DNA of 64,000 bases from a virus (taxonomy: Duplodnaviria > Caudoviricetes): IMG/VR virus record IMGVR_UViG_3300024229_000651; one strand, given 5' to 3'. A model generated the notes under the pieces. That model made no database searches. It was not told the origin of the DNA and worked only from the letters and a program-made list of their open reading frames with translations. Position 1 is the first letter of the stretch, and every line of letters begins with the position of its first letter. Below are positions 13,001 to 20,732 of the stretch, in pieces. Made by a program: the position numbers and the translations under genes.

Positions 13001-16000
13001 CAGTACTGGACTACTAGCAAATGCTGAAATTGGTTATGTAGATCCGATATGCACAGACCCACCACCCCCTACATGTCCGCCTGGACAGCACTTAGAAAAT
13101 GGTGTTTGTGTCGACGATATTCCCACATGTGGCCCAGACCAATTATACAATACAACCACTGGCCAATGTGAAGATATAGTTATTCCACCTCCGCCAATAC
13201 GCACAGAAAATGTAGGAGTATATTGGGATAACCCGAATAAAGATAAGGCAACAACAACTTCCGTTACATATCAACTCACGGAAGATGACTCGCAAACATA
13301 CACAATAACTGTGATGTTTAATCATGCGGGTGCTGATGACCGAACACGAGTGTATCAACACAGTTCTCTAGGAGGTCAACGTGTTGAAGTTGGTGGCGTT
13401 AAGGCGAGCGGAACATATTCTTCACTCACTAACTTGACTAAGGCTGAAGAGTCTGCGTTCCAGGGCAGTAGAGATACAGATCTATCTGATTCTTTCAACA
13501 ACTCGAGTACCTTTAGACCCTTTGTTAAAACTGGTACAACTGGTTTCGTCAAATGGGCCGGCAAGTTTACTTTCACATATGACGCAACACAAGGAAGATT
13601 TATTACGTTTACAACGGAAAGCCAAACGTCTTCGCATGCACACGAGTGTTTTGCTGTGTTAATTGTAAATGAAAACACTCTGCCTACAGACGGCACAAAC
13701 ACTGTGCCTAGAAAACAAATCATGGGCGGCAATGCCTCAGCTGGATCATCGACGGCAGCTATTATTCCTTCACCAATCTGGACCGGATTTATTGGCATCC
13801 CTAATGTTGCTCCGGCTGGAATAAGTCAAGCTATAACAACAAATTCTAGACGTTTGTCTGGCAACCCATTTGCTACACCGTCTGCTAGTTCACTAACAGG
13901 ATATGCCAGCCGTACACCAACAAATTCAGCTGATTCAAATGGAATCGTATTTGTTGATCCTGGGACTATTGATCCTGGAACTGGTATCTACGGTAATAAG
14001 ATGAACGTAACAAATACAATTGTAGGACCAATGCCTATTACGGCATCAGTTCCGACAGTGTCAGGCATTCAACAAATTGATTATCAAAAAACTATTGCTG
14101 GAAAAGCCAAAGCAAACAACAGTGTTGTTGCAAGTAATCCGTATAGTTCCTTAAAGTCTAATCAAGCTGCATCTACTACACCGATACTGACTGTGACTGC
14201 GTTGAAAAAAGATGCAAATGGAGTAATGCAAAAAGTTGGCACATCAGACATGCCAATATGCGAACCTAAGAGTAGAATTCCGCTATGCCCGGACACGTTC
14301 TCTGCTTCCGACGATCCTAGAAGTTTATCAGACGACGGATTCTACTTTGCGGATAGCGTAACTAATGACAGACTTTATGGTGTTAGCACAGGAGATAACT
14401 TTAAAGTTAACGGTGTTGCAATTTCGATGACCGGTGTACATGACATAGAGGGTCTGATAGATGCTATTAACCTTGCTGGAGCGAGTCAGTCAACTAATCG
14501 ATTCAAGGCGCATCGCTATACAACTAATGGTGCTACGTGTGTAATGCTTTCACCGTTATCAACATATTGCGATGCACCGCCGATCTCGCTTGATAACGGC
14601 TGTGGAATATCTGGTAATTTAAAAGAAGTATTACACTATACTGTGCGTGGAGACGTAAATCATGCATATTCAGAAAGTTCGTCACTAGCAGGAACAAGCA
14701 CACGCACTTCTAGTGTTACTATTAATATGCCACCGATGACTGCGAAGACGTCAGATGATCCTCCAGAAGTTGTTGCCAATCCAGGCGATTTTGGTAGTAC
14801 GAATACAACAGCGTCCGGAACTAATTACATATATAATACTATTACTGCACAACAAAAAGCAGCGTCACATACACCTTCCACTATAACAAAAACGAATGGT
14901 GCAGGTTATCGAGTCGACGATGTAGTAACAGTTGTAGGCGGCGTGCCAGCAACTCTACAAGAAGCACTTGCTGCAGGATTGATGTCAGACCAAAATCCTT
15001 CGAACAGACCGTTTGAAGCATTGTCTTCGGTAGTAGCATTAAAAGTGGTCGCTGGCGGCACTGGGTATAACAAAGCTGGCCTCAAAATTATTGTTAACGG
15101 CGATTGTAGAAAGAAGGCAAGAGTAAACTATGCAACACTCGATGTTGATGCTACAGGAGCAATAGTTGGCTTAGCTGGCGGCAGTAGAATACTGATGCGT
15201 ACTAAAGGCTCAGGCAGTAATATTAGCCCAGATAATTCAGGATATAGTATTGAGCGTGGCGCTACTAGTGTTAGCATTATCGGTGATGGGGAAGGAGCCG
15301 AATTAATGGTAGAACATTTTACATCTTCTCCAGCATTCGATCAATCCCAGCAAAATTCACTACAGAAAATACAGCCAGCAGAATTTATTGTGACCAGTGT
15401 AGATCCATTGGGCGGAGTGCAAAGATTAAGTTTGAAAAAACGAGGGGTATACAAACAGTTCCCGAGCGATTTGGATAGTGGTCTACCTCTAATTGGTGGA
15501 AGCGGCACTGGCGGAAGAGTATTCTTAACAGCGCATGCGCTACCTGATTGCACAGTGAAGTCCGACACACTAAGCAAATTTGGAGTAGACCCAGGTGTAT
15601 ATGAAGCACCGGATCCAATCGAGCATTTCATTAACACGTTAAACGATTATGCACCAACTGATCCCAATGGTTTTCCGTTATATACTGCTGCACTGAATTT
15701 TGGACCAGGTGGTCTGCCAGAAGTTGTTGTCGAAGGCGATGACATTGACGGCATTCAATTTGATGATACATATAATCCTGGACTGATAAGAGCACTAAAC
15801 TTACCAACGGGAGCAACAACAAACGCGGTCATTCCTGAAATCGAGCCAGTAAAAGAGAAATTTAGGGAAGTATTTGTCGAAGATCCTGACGGAGGCGGCG
15901 GCCCCGGTGGCGGCGACCCAAGCGAGCGAGATTTCCTTGTTAATTTACCTAATCAAGACGGAACATCAACTCTGGGAGCTGATCCGAGAACTAACCTAGA

Positions 16001-19000
16001 TACCCTAAACAAAGGTATTAGATTCTCATACCCTCAGGCAGGTGAAGCAGCATTGTCGCAAATTCCAGTCGGTCAACGAACAAGACTAGAAAGTATGTCG
16101 ACCCCGTTATGGGCATCAACAGAAGTCGAAGGCGACATATACGAATACAAGCTCACTAATTTAGACGGACAGTCAAGTATTATTCCTACTAATACCAAAG
16201 ACAGACAGCGTGTAGATGTACATGCGCTGGAGAGTATGCGGCATGCTACAGAAAGTAATTTAGACCTTGCAAATATTTCTCATGCATGGATCGATAATTA
16301 CGATGGTAAGGGTTGGGCATATTTGCAGAACGGCAATGTCATAAGAAAACAAGAACCGTTAGTCGATACAAAATTAATACGGGATGTATTTACATTTGAT
16401 GAAATAAGTGCAGAAAAAGAATTTGATGTTAACTTATTCGATCCGTTCAAGGGAATAATACCCGGATATATAGAAAAAGAAATTGACTATACTACCAAGT
16501 CTGATCCTGTTGTGTACGACATGGCGAGAAGTGCATGGGGCAAGAAACAGATAGGAAGAAGATGGTGGAATACGAATTTAGTACGATACACTTGGTATGA
16601 ACAGGGTGAAGGAACATATGGTCCTACGGGCTACAACAACACTGAACGTGCTGCATCATGGGGTGAACATTTCCCGGGTAGTGTTATTAGAATTTACGAG
16701 TGGGTAGAAAGTATAACCCCACCTGAAGCATACACCGGTGGCGGCTTCCCTATTGAAACAGGCGAGTTTATACAGCAGCAATTTTACAATAAAACTAGCG
16801 GCAAAGCAACCGTTTATTACTATTTCTGGGTATACGGTAAGGAAACAGTGGGTAATACTGCTAGATATAATTTACAAAAAGAAAGATCTACAGTTGAAAT
16901 AGAGCGGTTGCTTTCAGATATTAACGGAGAAAGAGTTAGCTACGCAGGCTACATTTCACCAGATAGTATAGTCGTTAACCAACTCGCTCCACTGATCAAA
17001 ACTGATGGAAGTATTTTTAGCACACAGTTCTTGAGAAGAATGGAAGGTGACACTGAAAAGCATACATCGTGGACATTGTCAGCTGAAGGTGATCCTAACT
17101 CTAAGGTTCCTGATGTACTGTCTGTTAAGTTAATAGACAGTTTAGCCAGCATGGATGCGCTGGGCCAGACTGTTCCTGGAGAAGGACTGAGTGCATTCGA
17201 ACGGTACGGTAGCAAGTTTAGACCAAGACAAACGATGTTTAAAGATCTAAGTAAAGCTAGAAAGCAAATGTACGATGTACTAAACTCAATATTTAAAGAA
17301 TTGAAAATGAATACAACGTTTGTAGATTGGCAAACACAACTACCATCGGATCTTACATATTTACAACAAGTCGACTGGTATGAAAAATTAAGAGTTAATA
17401 AAATCGACAACTCAGACGTATTTTATGATGATACATATAGACCTCTACGTAAAGTGACAGACAATACTAAGTTTGCTTTGATCAAAAATTTAGTAGATCT
17501 CAGTATCATACAAGTACAAAAAGACAGTAACTCACCATATAGTTTGTATGAGTATGCTAAGAAAACAAATAGTTTCAAACTAATTGCTATTGAAAATGAA
17601 ACTGTAGAGTGGAAAGCAAGCATATATACTGATGCTAATTCAACTAAAATGGGTAAAGAGATACGTGAAGTATTGAGTATACTTTACAGCAGTGTGTTTA
17701 TAAACACATTTGAAATTTATTGGAACAAGTTCTTTTATGAGATGATGAAATATGCATACTCAGAGCAAGGAGAACTTGACTGGGCGTTCAAAACAACTTA
17801 CTTGAACATTATCAAGGAAGAAACTGATCTAGTGCCTACTAAAGGCTTTAAAGTAGATAATTTTGATAAAGCATTACAATATTTTAATGATGTTAAACCC
17901 TACAGTAGTAAGATTAGAAACTACTTAGATATTAAAAAAGCTCCAGTGGAAATATTAGCTGGTAGTACAACAGACTTCGATAGACCTCCTTATTATGATG
18001 AGGAATCGAAAGAAGTTAGGATACTAGATACTGCAAACGAATTTGATGTCGACATACTCAATACAGCTAGTGAGTATGCAGGCTTTGTGAGCAGTAATGC
18101 ACAAGTGCGTAAAACAAGCACACAAATTGTATTTGACCGTGTTAAAGGTGCATTGTACGAGAATGCAACAGGTGGAAAAATTGAAACATTCCGAGCAGAT
18201 GGCATCTCAAGCGGATTTAGCTTTAACACACTAGTAGAAGATGTTACTAGATTGCAAGTGAAAGTTGATGGTGATTTAGTACCACCGACAGCATTTGATA
18301 ATGAGCTTATTAGCAATGTGGTTGGCACAGTCGAAACTGTCGTAACTGACGCTGAAGCAAACGTATTTAGAAACGAAGGATCGTTTACAAATCTCGTAGC
18401 AAGATCAGACTTTGGTACATCTATAATTGTTGACATCGACATTGATGCAAACGGTGCGATATCTAGCTTTAACATGACGACAACCGCACACAATCAAAAC
18501 GTAGGCGACAAGTTTGTACTTAGAGATGAGCAGATGAGTAATATCATTGTTGCAAATACATCTTGGGATTTGAATCCATGGGACACTGATCCAAATAATC
18601 CTAGTAACACTGCGCCAGGTGTGTGGGATGAAGAAATTGGACAGTCCATTGCACCAGACATTGAATTCACAACAACAGAATTGTCTAATGTGTCAATTAT
18701 TACTGATAGAACATCTGCTATTAATAGCAACAGTACTATAGAGTTCACAGACGGCCCTATAGTGTCGCTGTACGGGCAAACGTATTTTGTGGATATAAAT
18801 GAAAGCGATACAGCTACTATTATTGCACCAGGGCATAGTATGCCAATTGGAGTACAGGGCGTTAAATTAGTTAATGTTATTTCTAACGGTGTCAACATAG
18901 GTAATACAAATATTACTATTAACAAAACCACTAGCGAACAAATTGTTGTGGATTTCGATGATATAAAAAGTTTTGTAAACTCCCAGGCTGTTCCTACTAC

Positions 19001-20699
19001 TTCAACTGTATTAGACTCAGTTGACTTGTCTACTATAACAAGTGGCAAGGTAATTTATACAACGCCTTTAGGTGAAGAAACCGAAGCAGTCATTACATCA
19101 ATAAGATATAACGAATACAATGACACAAAGGTTTATGCAGACGCTGAAAAGACAACAACAGTAAATGTGACACGTAATATAGATTACAGAAATGTAAGTG
19201 GAACATTCGGCCAAATTACTAGCATAGACCCAACAATCAACTACACGATTAACACTGCAGATAGTTTCCTTTCCTTTACTAATGACGCGAATGTTAACAA
19301 CAGAATAGGTATACCTCAAAACGGGGCATTGATCGAATTAACATATTTCGAAGGATATGATCCTACAATGGAAACTATTAACGTTAGCATAGCGAAAAAC
19401 CTTGTAAATGTAGAGTCTAACAGTATTGCAAATATTTCAAATGTTGAGCAAGTTTGGACAGCACCGGAGCGTGTTTATAAATTCAATCCTGAGATTCGAC
19501 AGGAAATAACAAAAGCATACGAGACAGAATATGGATCGGGTGCAGCAGTAGATGCAAACATTATACAAAATGTCAGCATTGTTACTAGCATGATAGACTC
19601 AGGAAAATTAGACACTGTTCTTAGTATGGTAAGAAATGCAGTTGGCGGATCATTGAATGCAGAACTAGTTGACGGCGCAACGTTCTTAGATATAGTTCCT
19701 GGGCAACACCCATCCTATGTGTACAATGACGCACTAGGGTTTGATGTGTATGGATGGGATACTGATATATGGGATAAGGATGTTGATGTAAACAACTTTG
19801 TTGGTATATTCGATGAAGGCACACAAGGCAATGTTAATTACAGAATTGACAACGAAACTGTATACGGATTCGATGGCACTACATTCCTCAAACACAGAAC
19901 GGGCCCAGATCGTCCAGAAGAGTTAATAGTTGTAGAACCTCTAGAAACACTTGTAATGGATATTACAACATTGGGTAATACTGAAATTAGCGCAACAAGT
20001 AGTGATGTTAGATTCCTACTAGTTATGGATCTATTTGGTAGAACTGATTATTATAGACGATCGATGAATCCATTGACAACTGTTGCACAGCAAGTAAATA
20101 ATTGGGAAGACAAAATACACTTAAATGATATTACTAATCTTCCATTTGCATCTGCAACACGACCAGCAAGTGTGTGGCTATCAGGCGAGTTAATAAGTTA
20201 CACAACAATAAATGTCCTAGATAAAAGTATTTCTGGGATTACAAGAGGTGTCCGCGGAACTACTATTAATTTATTAGTGCAAGTGGGTGCTGAACTGTAT
20301 AACGGAGAAGAAACAGAAAACATAGCTCTTAGAAACGGAAAAGGAGAGGCACTGAGAGACCCAGAAGACTTCAATTGGTTGAAACCAGTAGAGGTGTTCT
20401 CGATATCAGTACCGCTTGATAATTCGTGGGACGGCTCGGGCTCACTAAGTGCAGCAGGACTAACATATGATTCGGGCAACGTATCGGTTGGTTTAGACAG
20501 TGCTTGGGACGGTACCGGAGACAATGTTATTGAGTTTACTGGTAGTGGACATACATTGACATACGATATTGATGAAGAAAACGGATGGGATGCAGCAACA
20601 GAAGACTTTAAGAAAGCAACAAGTTTAACAGACCGAGGAGATGTATTGAAGTCAAATGACAGTATAGTTGACTTCTTACACAACTTTGACAGTAATTAA
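1080..20699 (+). CDS. Giant (6539 aa) virion structural protein, probably baseplate/tail associated, multi-domain
   Basis: Uninterrupted 19.6 kb ORF joined to the upstream gene by a TAATG overlap. Contains beta-rich repeats (G.GY...P.V.V; HGYSTGDTVLF), a YHYH-like domain, a P/G/S/T-rich region and Cys repeats. The ORF is certain; the function is inferred from context. Confidence 0.75.
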   Translation: MADKKYTKLPGVHQTPVIKNFFETTVEQLFSKSKIDSISGYVGRKDVSLYEFKDTYITQPDAARDKFSLEPVVNTLEPVTGATTNRVFWSDFVNILKSYGVDTTNQNPIFDSTFYSFLPPINIDKFINYQEYFWSPQGPTAILIEGTGENFINVDKDIIGKKTYTSPSGVVFRNGMVVSFVGDFVIPQTRINARYVIEGVGSNIILHDKDQNYATSFSTEDFIPFDQTIIDSTDELIATTTDPADTRFLSGGLIGVNNYRYYASNGQEFLFSSLDQTDADTGGFMWSDFVAPAGSPLIYTVGGEGAFDVDPYDSGNTQTVPDYIMMQRGAIDNNVWSRINFWHHRQNFIDAGDLLPEKENRAIRPIIEFDRNIELYNFGKSGITSVEIAAFDTTLQEVLGRPIGASVDSVSMSVGARMIFPNADEDISPYIYEVVESTQSTIAQSVTNTNIIELSEENPDVYIGAKVTSVDPNSPISSTTVESIDGTTITLDNNVTVSLGTELIFSDRVILKRISDPRSTVVLLEGAPDFAPYTPQNFDIISVKFGSKKQGAEYYWQNDSMSWVQGQGKNKVNTPINFNVYDQNKNSLSDQLIYPGTSCNGNNIFGYTTAGSNLVVDPVLGFTMQYENFNNFSEISYTNFLDNSTISYIPFGSNETAYVSGYKYYKKIDSDGNILFDTMWRQQDKKHALRVEDRHIVNETDVSSNRVFVKISAKPKNAEQSMRVYVNGSRTTNFSYEADTNSVVFVNYEFKLNDIIDVYTHTSSGILQEETLNGMYDIPLSWHSNFLNNDIVTISSPQFTEHFYNLIKDQEDFSGDAFGSSNINELNVDTYWAQKIVQTDEDLATAAFLFSNDSFNLKDAMEYSGDEYVKFKNRLTTEIEKFINDNDVSDLSIGECLEFVLDGTSLYSQGKNVFADTYMLAHGDKKIREQITVNNVLRKEYVLNGFVDITKIENTVYVYDASSTSKDTLLIADKDYKITSAGGIITVTFTDDYVLTLGNTLTFDIYDNVRDTVNIPPTPSTLGIYPVYEPAVITDNTFQTPMTFIVGHDGSKTLATNDVYDQILMEFEIRVYNNIMQTYRDRISDLELNFTEITDGYFRKIGRPRERIYNLLRPSFNKFVNTNNLDYFANDFYDSDNELTWNYDQGNENPGHWRGLFAYLYDTETPHTTPWEMLGFTSKPSWWESEYGVDYNLTNILLWEDLENGIIRQGDRENITNNKYLKTDNSYRRIGLSNVYPISETGELLSPFKILSTKNTNKVLEWVNTTTGTASLGIGDSFSSDAAGLGVAEYTGVDTALNISSQGIINHAVGEFPNSHNNNQIEIRPRFYTIPVYTGTTTQLGNAAQRASHFTSATSIGTGAIGVAVNGAVITSPDYNLPHELDTSLHYNSGYSNRQGRDSANGCPDSNGTYGYIQPDSAVTGPQSADEHSPIVGWAFDGLPIYGPYGYHDRLNNNSDIRRLTTSYMLKQGTRDSVVGGIYSGEFLEDYEYVDSEGDLDQFNGRWGKTPEFPNGTYYYVATVDDAGQPQYPYTIGPKFAQQPLELGMNRLGIATSDTVNTPVYRVTSEKTATFKILNETDLSSGWRFGDGAPVEQAWKMTSAYPFAVAQALLLSKPGKFVSAFSKPQNITIAQANTKQVIDKDTNRRFKIQSTSIHGNRDDNGKLITATGFTQFIDCYLKFRGLSTAKEFVPAFRTINSKLGHKFAGFVDKDTMTVYSDSYSTTGNSSSLILPQEDVEIDIHQSPYSSTNDYTGVYITLTDRKTYKVSGYNNIKRFFEIEESNTSGPRQDVSVAGAPAESTNYESANFYSANVIVKSGYNFYRSKTAAPKGSSITDTTIWQRLPALPTVGGAEATLYLQGTGKILQVEYDTEFTTEAELYDFLISLGRRQKALGFSFGEFNVEINDLNDWAYSAKQFLFWSAGKWATGNTLSLSPSATRIFFKAQTGRVSKIFDVDQGQYSIVDQEGKSIRAEQCEIIRDGDTIEIAALDDRQIFGIILYTDEIEHVLLISNKTTFGDTIYSDVYNQRQDRLKIRGKRTSDWNGTLSSSGYIINNDSLLANFDTLASDMAKYNEIGHVPVDKTLYDLTRRQYGYDERKYLREFEMTFDDQYDFYAGMIRNKGTKNSLEILLNSEKVFIPGNVSIYDEWALKSGDFGDVDNYQTVDLKIDKDEIRNEKQLVSISYPEDTVSEVTNVEVLAPTTKFFSRPTLEIEPPPADIPGSFVYGGGTTATAIVNLGADGTITSVDVTDPGYGYTINPAVTVVAAELLTANITTAFTLPWAMSTSYVANNGDVTGISNVTITDHFANSAYADSVVDLSTATTVADVEAAFKDTISQIILDDSLGFSGTSTLTVSSSRIATDAGEEFLITLRGNDFSLSDNVNNDLVDILKLESKRYQPRQRYSFETANSTVYTDVSLSVDSVGLSGNIVGSTGDHLWEFDAGSRTTINHIGGRKTSGSVSYTFAPVSPNGELTDTIAADNLQIINGEYPHVDVFINGSKLPGNEQTLFSITGDSTTNTITLLDIASLPGGELKADAKIEVVEYATIDFVDAYQGDLPGRTLNIKVFANDALAARLRSIRTYEIYPDNKADATIMIDVDDADRLVTRPTDLSTNGLWPTTTAVDYSGITDKAYKKLPNSGYISKYTVDHQAWNIYDFETLFETTGKLASQIPDTDSTVHFANSEHGDFDVYNISLLEGNSYIKWQPNAGTTYLYTDFSLISDAGILDGNNTDSPADHTEYFDRVLVLKGLTAIDDYQGSLVYENGELIYSPRILSINTPVTRFSEEKLINEQAVVMSNIQFAAPTTTLISSIVPEVSASISYVEPAYTGVVGSLEIPASADIEQEFNTYSILRRAEIKTTSAPFNGSMTFSLGKGQLDGLQINDCIWIESDHPTAANISSNMYRVASIDSNNVRLYANLATLSGVADSIPRANVQFVNYGQYNFEGNANADGYSVQVYSKDHGYSTGDTVLFNVNNIAGEAGDEFKIKNATPNTFRVESGIYLGDSQKDLLTNSGTVNNTDKEVIISATMDPSTDTSVQKYLVPGGFVTFTDASGTSIDGNTYQILDVDKTVQIGNPDGQNELGDFIVTHADVYSDTVNSINGKTITLTNGVAEQVQPGMYVETDIAPTRVEEVNYKSDVTASRRMFVQAFVDFASDDYSGVTQQQYAVLAQEFQELSIGIDSATFVLNELLPTDIVIGDPVEIPGIASFDDGLTVVGINGTTITLSSPVLVKHDTDVFFKHAYPLRIDTVVFEEELDGFNIGDNIIFVEGGYNESNPGSRAISTVFSIDAPNLTASVDSDNLTFRIVNSTNVVLEGPTTGIYNGDLVKLISAGSYSGFQSVKGVDPVNNKLLFDLPYVQPILIEKTSATTVTDSDIINAGADELDGLKTGYQLLSDTATIPAETYILGFDLTGNIELSNEVSVSAGDILTFSDARWRYSTLVNSNIIITTDGEHDYDLDDSQILGKEITVADFAPAHYNWSWTVQEVPTTTTIKVTGYGFNHPYTVNSETYVSKEFYDKRTTEAFKIDGKDDRELLPFLWFNDEADIVINGAEIFKGVYPSFGVDEYIRELKRIKEAKEGSVYKRGSFGMVMPALDGFGNFSGLDNATKNLISSGIGTGHIPVNPNIGGPVGTRGGRGGRGGYGAPGRGGGFTPNPTVPSPGTGTPVTIPATPGVQFGPIMPPGYTPPGSIAPVGNGGGSTAPPASVLPPQTGDPNTNVPGGGSTIVSPPKTGAQDPIQMMYDQLGSGTMTPSDQLAMITAYAGFQSGMQNATLLPNQVLQTMPNAGYALAAQGKSLDGGYSLGGASYNPANKETSWGPGANQGPGTLSDLLLNNFTSNGFKPYTANEASQQMAAGWTTSFYAAVGYDPSTQNTTGSPIDMFNGLLGNTQAIRGPGKSSLNSGKMASSSPSSTSFSGAGVVDGLTFGHVTGGNPTGAQAIGLINKNALISTSTGGATNGLNISALAQQASGSCTPSTGLLANAEIGYVDPICTDPPPPTCPPGQHLENGVCVDDIPTCGPDQLYNTTTGQCEDIVIPPPPIRTENVGVYWDNPNKDKATTTSVTYQLTEDDSQTYTITVMFNHAGADDRTRVYQHSSLGGQRVEVGGVKASGTYSSLTNLTKAEESAFQGSRDTDLSDSFNNSSTFRPFVKTGTTGFVKWAGKFTFTYDATQGRFITFTTESQTSSHAHECFAVLIVNENTLPTDGTNTVPRKQIMGGNASAGSSTAAIIPSPIWTGFIGIPNVAPAGISQAITTNSRRLSGNPFATPSASSLTGYASRTPTNSADSNGIVFVDPGTIDPGTGIYGNKMNVTNTIVGPMPITASVPTVSGIQQIDYQKTIAGKAKANNSVVASNPYSSLKSNQAASTTPILTVTALKKDANGVMQKVGTSDMPICEPKSRIPLCPDTFSASDDPRSLSDDGFYFADSVTNDRLYGVSTGDNFKVNGVAISMTGVHDIEGLIDAINLAGASQSTNRFKAHRYTTNGATCVMLSPLSTYCDAPPISLDNGCGISGNLKEVLHYTVRGDVNHAYSESSSLAGTSTRTSSVTINMPPMTAKTSDDPPEVVANPGDFGSTNTTASGTNYIYNTITAQQKAASHTPSTITKTNGAGYRVDDVVTVVGGVPATLQEALAAGLMSDQNPSNRPFEALSSVVALKVVAGGTGYNKAGLKIIVNGDCRKKARVNYATLDVDATGAIVGLAGGSRILMRTKGSGSNISPDNSGYSIERGATSVSIIGDGEGAELMVEHFTSSPAFDQSQQNSLQKIQPAEFIVTSVDPLGGVQRLSLKKRGVYKQFPSDLDSGLPLIGGSGTGGRVFLTAHALPDCTVKSDTLSKFGVDPGVYEAPDPIEHFINTLNDYAPTDPNGFPLYTAALNFGPGGLPEVVVEGDDIDGIQFDDTYNPGLIRALNLPTGATTNAVIPEIEPVKEKFREVFVEDPDGGGGPGGGDPSERDFLVNLPNQDGTSTLGADPRTNLDTLNKGIRFSYPQAGEAALSQIPVGQRTRLESMSTPLWASTEVEGDIYEYKLTNLDGQSSIIPTNTKDRQRVDVHALESMRHATESNLDLANISHAWIDNYDGKGWAYLQNGNVIRKQEPLVDTKLIRDVFTFDEISAEKEFDVNLFDPFKGIIPGYIEKEIDYTTKSDPVVYDMARSAWGKKQIGRRWWNTNLVRYTWYEQGEGTYGPTGYNNTERAASWGEHFPGSVIRIYEWVESITPPEAYTGGGFPIETGEFIQQQFYNKTSGKATVYYYFWVYGKETVGNTARYNLQKERSTVEIERLLSDINGERVSYAGYISPDSIVVNQLAPLIKTDGSIFSTQFLRRMEGDTEKHTSWTLSAEGDPNSKVPDVLSVKLIDSLASMDALGQTVPGEGLSAFERYGSKFRPRQTMFKDLSKARKQMYDVLNSIFKELKMNTTFVDWQTQLPSDLTYLQQVDWYEKLRVNKIDNSDVFYDDTYRPLRKVTDNTKFALIKNLVDLSIIQVQKDSNSPYSLYEYAKKTNSFKLIAIENETVEWKASIYTDANSTKMGKEIREVLSILYSSVFINTFEIYWNKFFYEMMKYAYSEQGELDWAFKTTYLNIIKEETDLVPTKGFKVDNFDKALQYFNDVKPYSSKIRNYLDIKKAPVEILAGSTTDFDRPPYYDEESKEVRILDTANEFDVDILNTASEYAGFVSSNAQVRKTSTQIVFDRVKGALYENATGGKIETFRADGISSGFSFNTLVEDVTRLQVKVDGDLVPPTAFDNELISNVVGTVETVVTDAEANVFRNEGSFTNLVARSDFGTSIIVDIDIDANGAISSFNMTTTAHNQNVGDKFVLRDEQMSNIIVANTSWDLNPWDTDPNNPSNTAPGVWDEEIGQSIAPDIEFTTTELSNVSIITDRTSAINSNSTIEFTDGPIVSLYGQTYFVDINESDTATIIAPGHSMPIGVQGVKLVNVISNGVNIGNTNITINKTTSEQIVVDFDDIKSFVNSQAVPTTSTVLDSVDLSTITSGKVIYTTPLGEETEAVITSIRYNEYNDTKVYADAEKTTTVNVTRNIDYRNVSGTFGQITSIDPTINYTINTADSFLSFTNDANVNNRIGIPQNGALIELTYFEGYDPTMETINVSIAKNLVNVESNSIANISNVEQVWTAPERVYKFNPEIRQEITKAYETEYGSGAAVDANIIQNVSIVTSMIDSGKLDTVLSMVRNAVGGSLNAELVDGATFLDIVPGQHPSYVYNDALGFDVYGWDTDIWDKDVDVNNFVGIFDEGTQGNVNYRIDNETVYGFDGTTFLKHRTGPDRPEELIVVEPLETLVMDITTLGNTEISATSSDVRFLLVMDLFGRTDYYRRSMNPLTTVAQQVNNWEDKIHLNDITNLPFASATRPASVWLSGELISYTTINVLDKSISGITRGVRGTTINLLVQVGAELYNGEETENIALRNGKGEALRDPEDFNWLKPVEVFSISVPLDNSWDGSGSLSAAGLTYDSGNVSVGLDSAWDGTGDNVIEFTGSGHTLTYDIDEENGWDAATEDFKKATSLTDRGDVLKSNDSIVDFLHNFDSN
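4986..5690 (+). other. YHYH-family-like domain embedded in the giant protein
   Basis: Motifs GAIGVAVNG, HSPIVGWAFDGLPIYGPYG, EDYEYV...GDLDQFNGRWGKTPEFPNGTYYYVAT and YPYTIGP match the YHYH protein family pattern as I recall it. Confidence 0.7.
11958..13200 (+). repeat. Low-complexity Gly/Pro/Ser/Thr-rich segment with RGG repeats and two short Cys repeats inside the giant protein
   Basis: RGGRGGRGGYGAPGRGGGF at 11976-12032 is followed by Pro-rich PTVPSPGTGTPVTIPATPG...PPGYTPPG. CPPGQHLENGVC and CGPDQLYNTTTGQC lie at about 13074-13169. Confidence 0.85.
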
Positions 20700-20720
20700 A
20701 ACAGTTTTTAACAATAAGTG

Positions 20721-20727
20721 ATAAATA
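20721..20727 (+). promoter_or_regulatory. Putative late-promoter core RTAAATA (ATAAATA)
   Basis: Intergenic, 5 nt before ATG 20733. Resembles the T4 late promoter TATAAATA, and the motif recurs at six other gene boundaries. Confidence 0.45.
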
Positions 20728-20732
20728 ACACT

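Noticed and set aside
1080-20699. Possible intein or stop-codon read-through explaining the giant ORF
   Set aside because: I saw no intein splice-junction or LAGLIDADG motifs. TAA, TAG and TGA all end genes in this window, so there is no sign of code reassignment.
20697-20712. Terminator after the giant gene (AAAACAGTTTT)
   Set aside because: The stem is AT-only with a 1-nt loop and is not a plausible intrinsic terminator.
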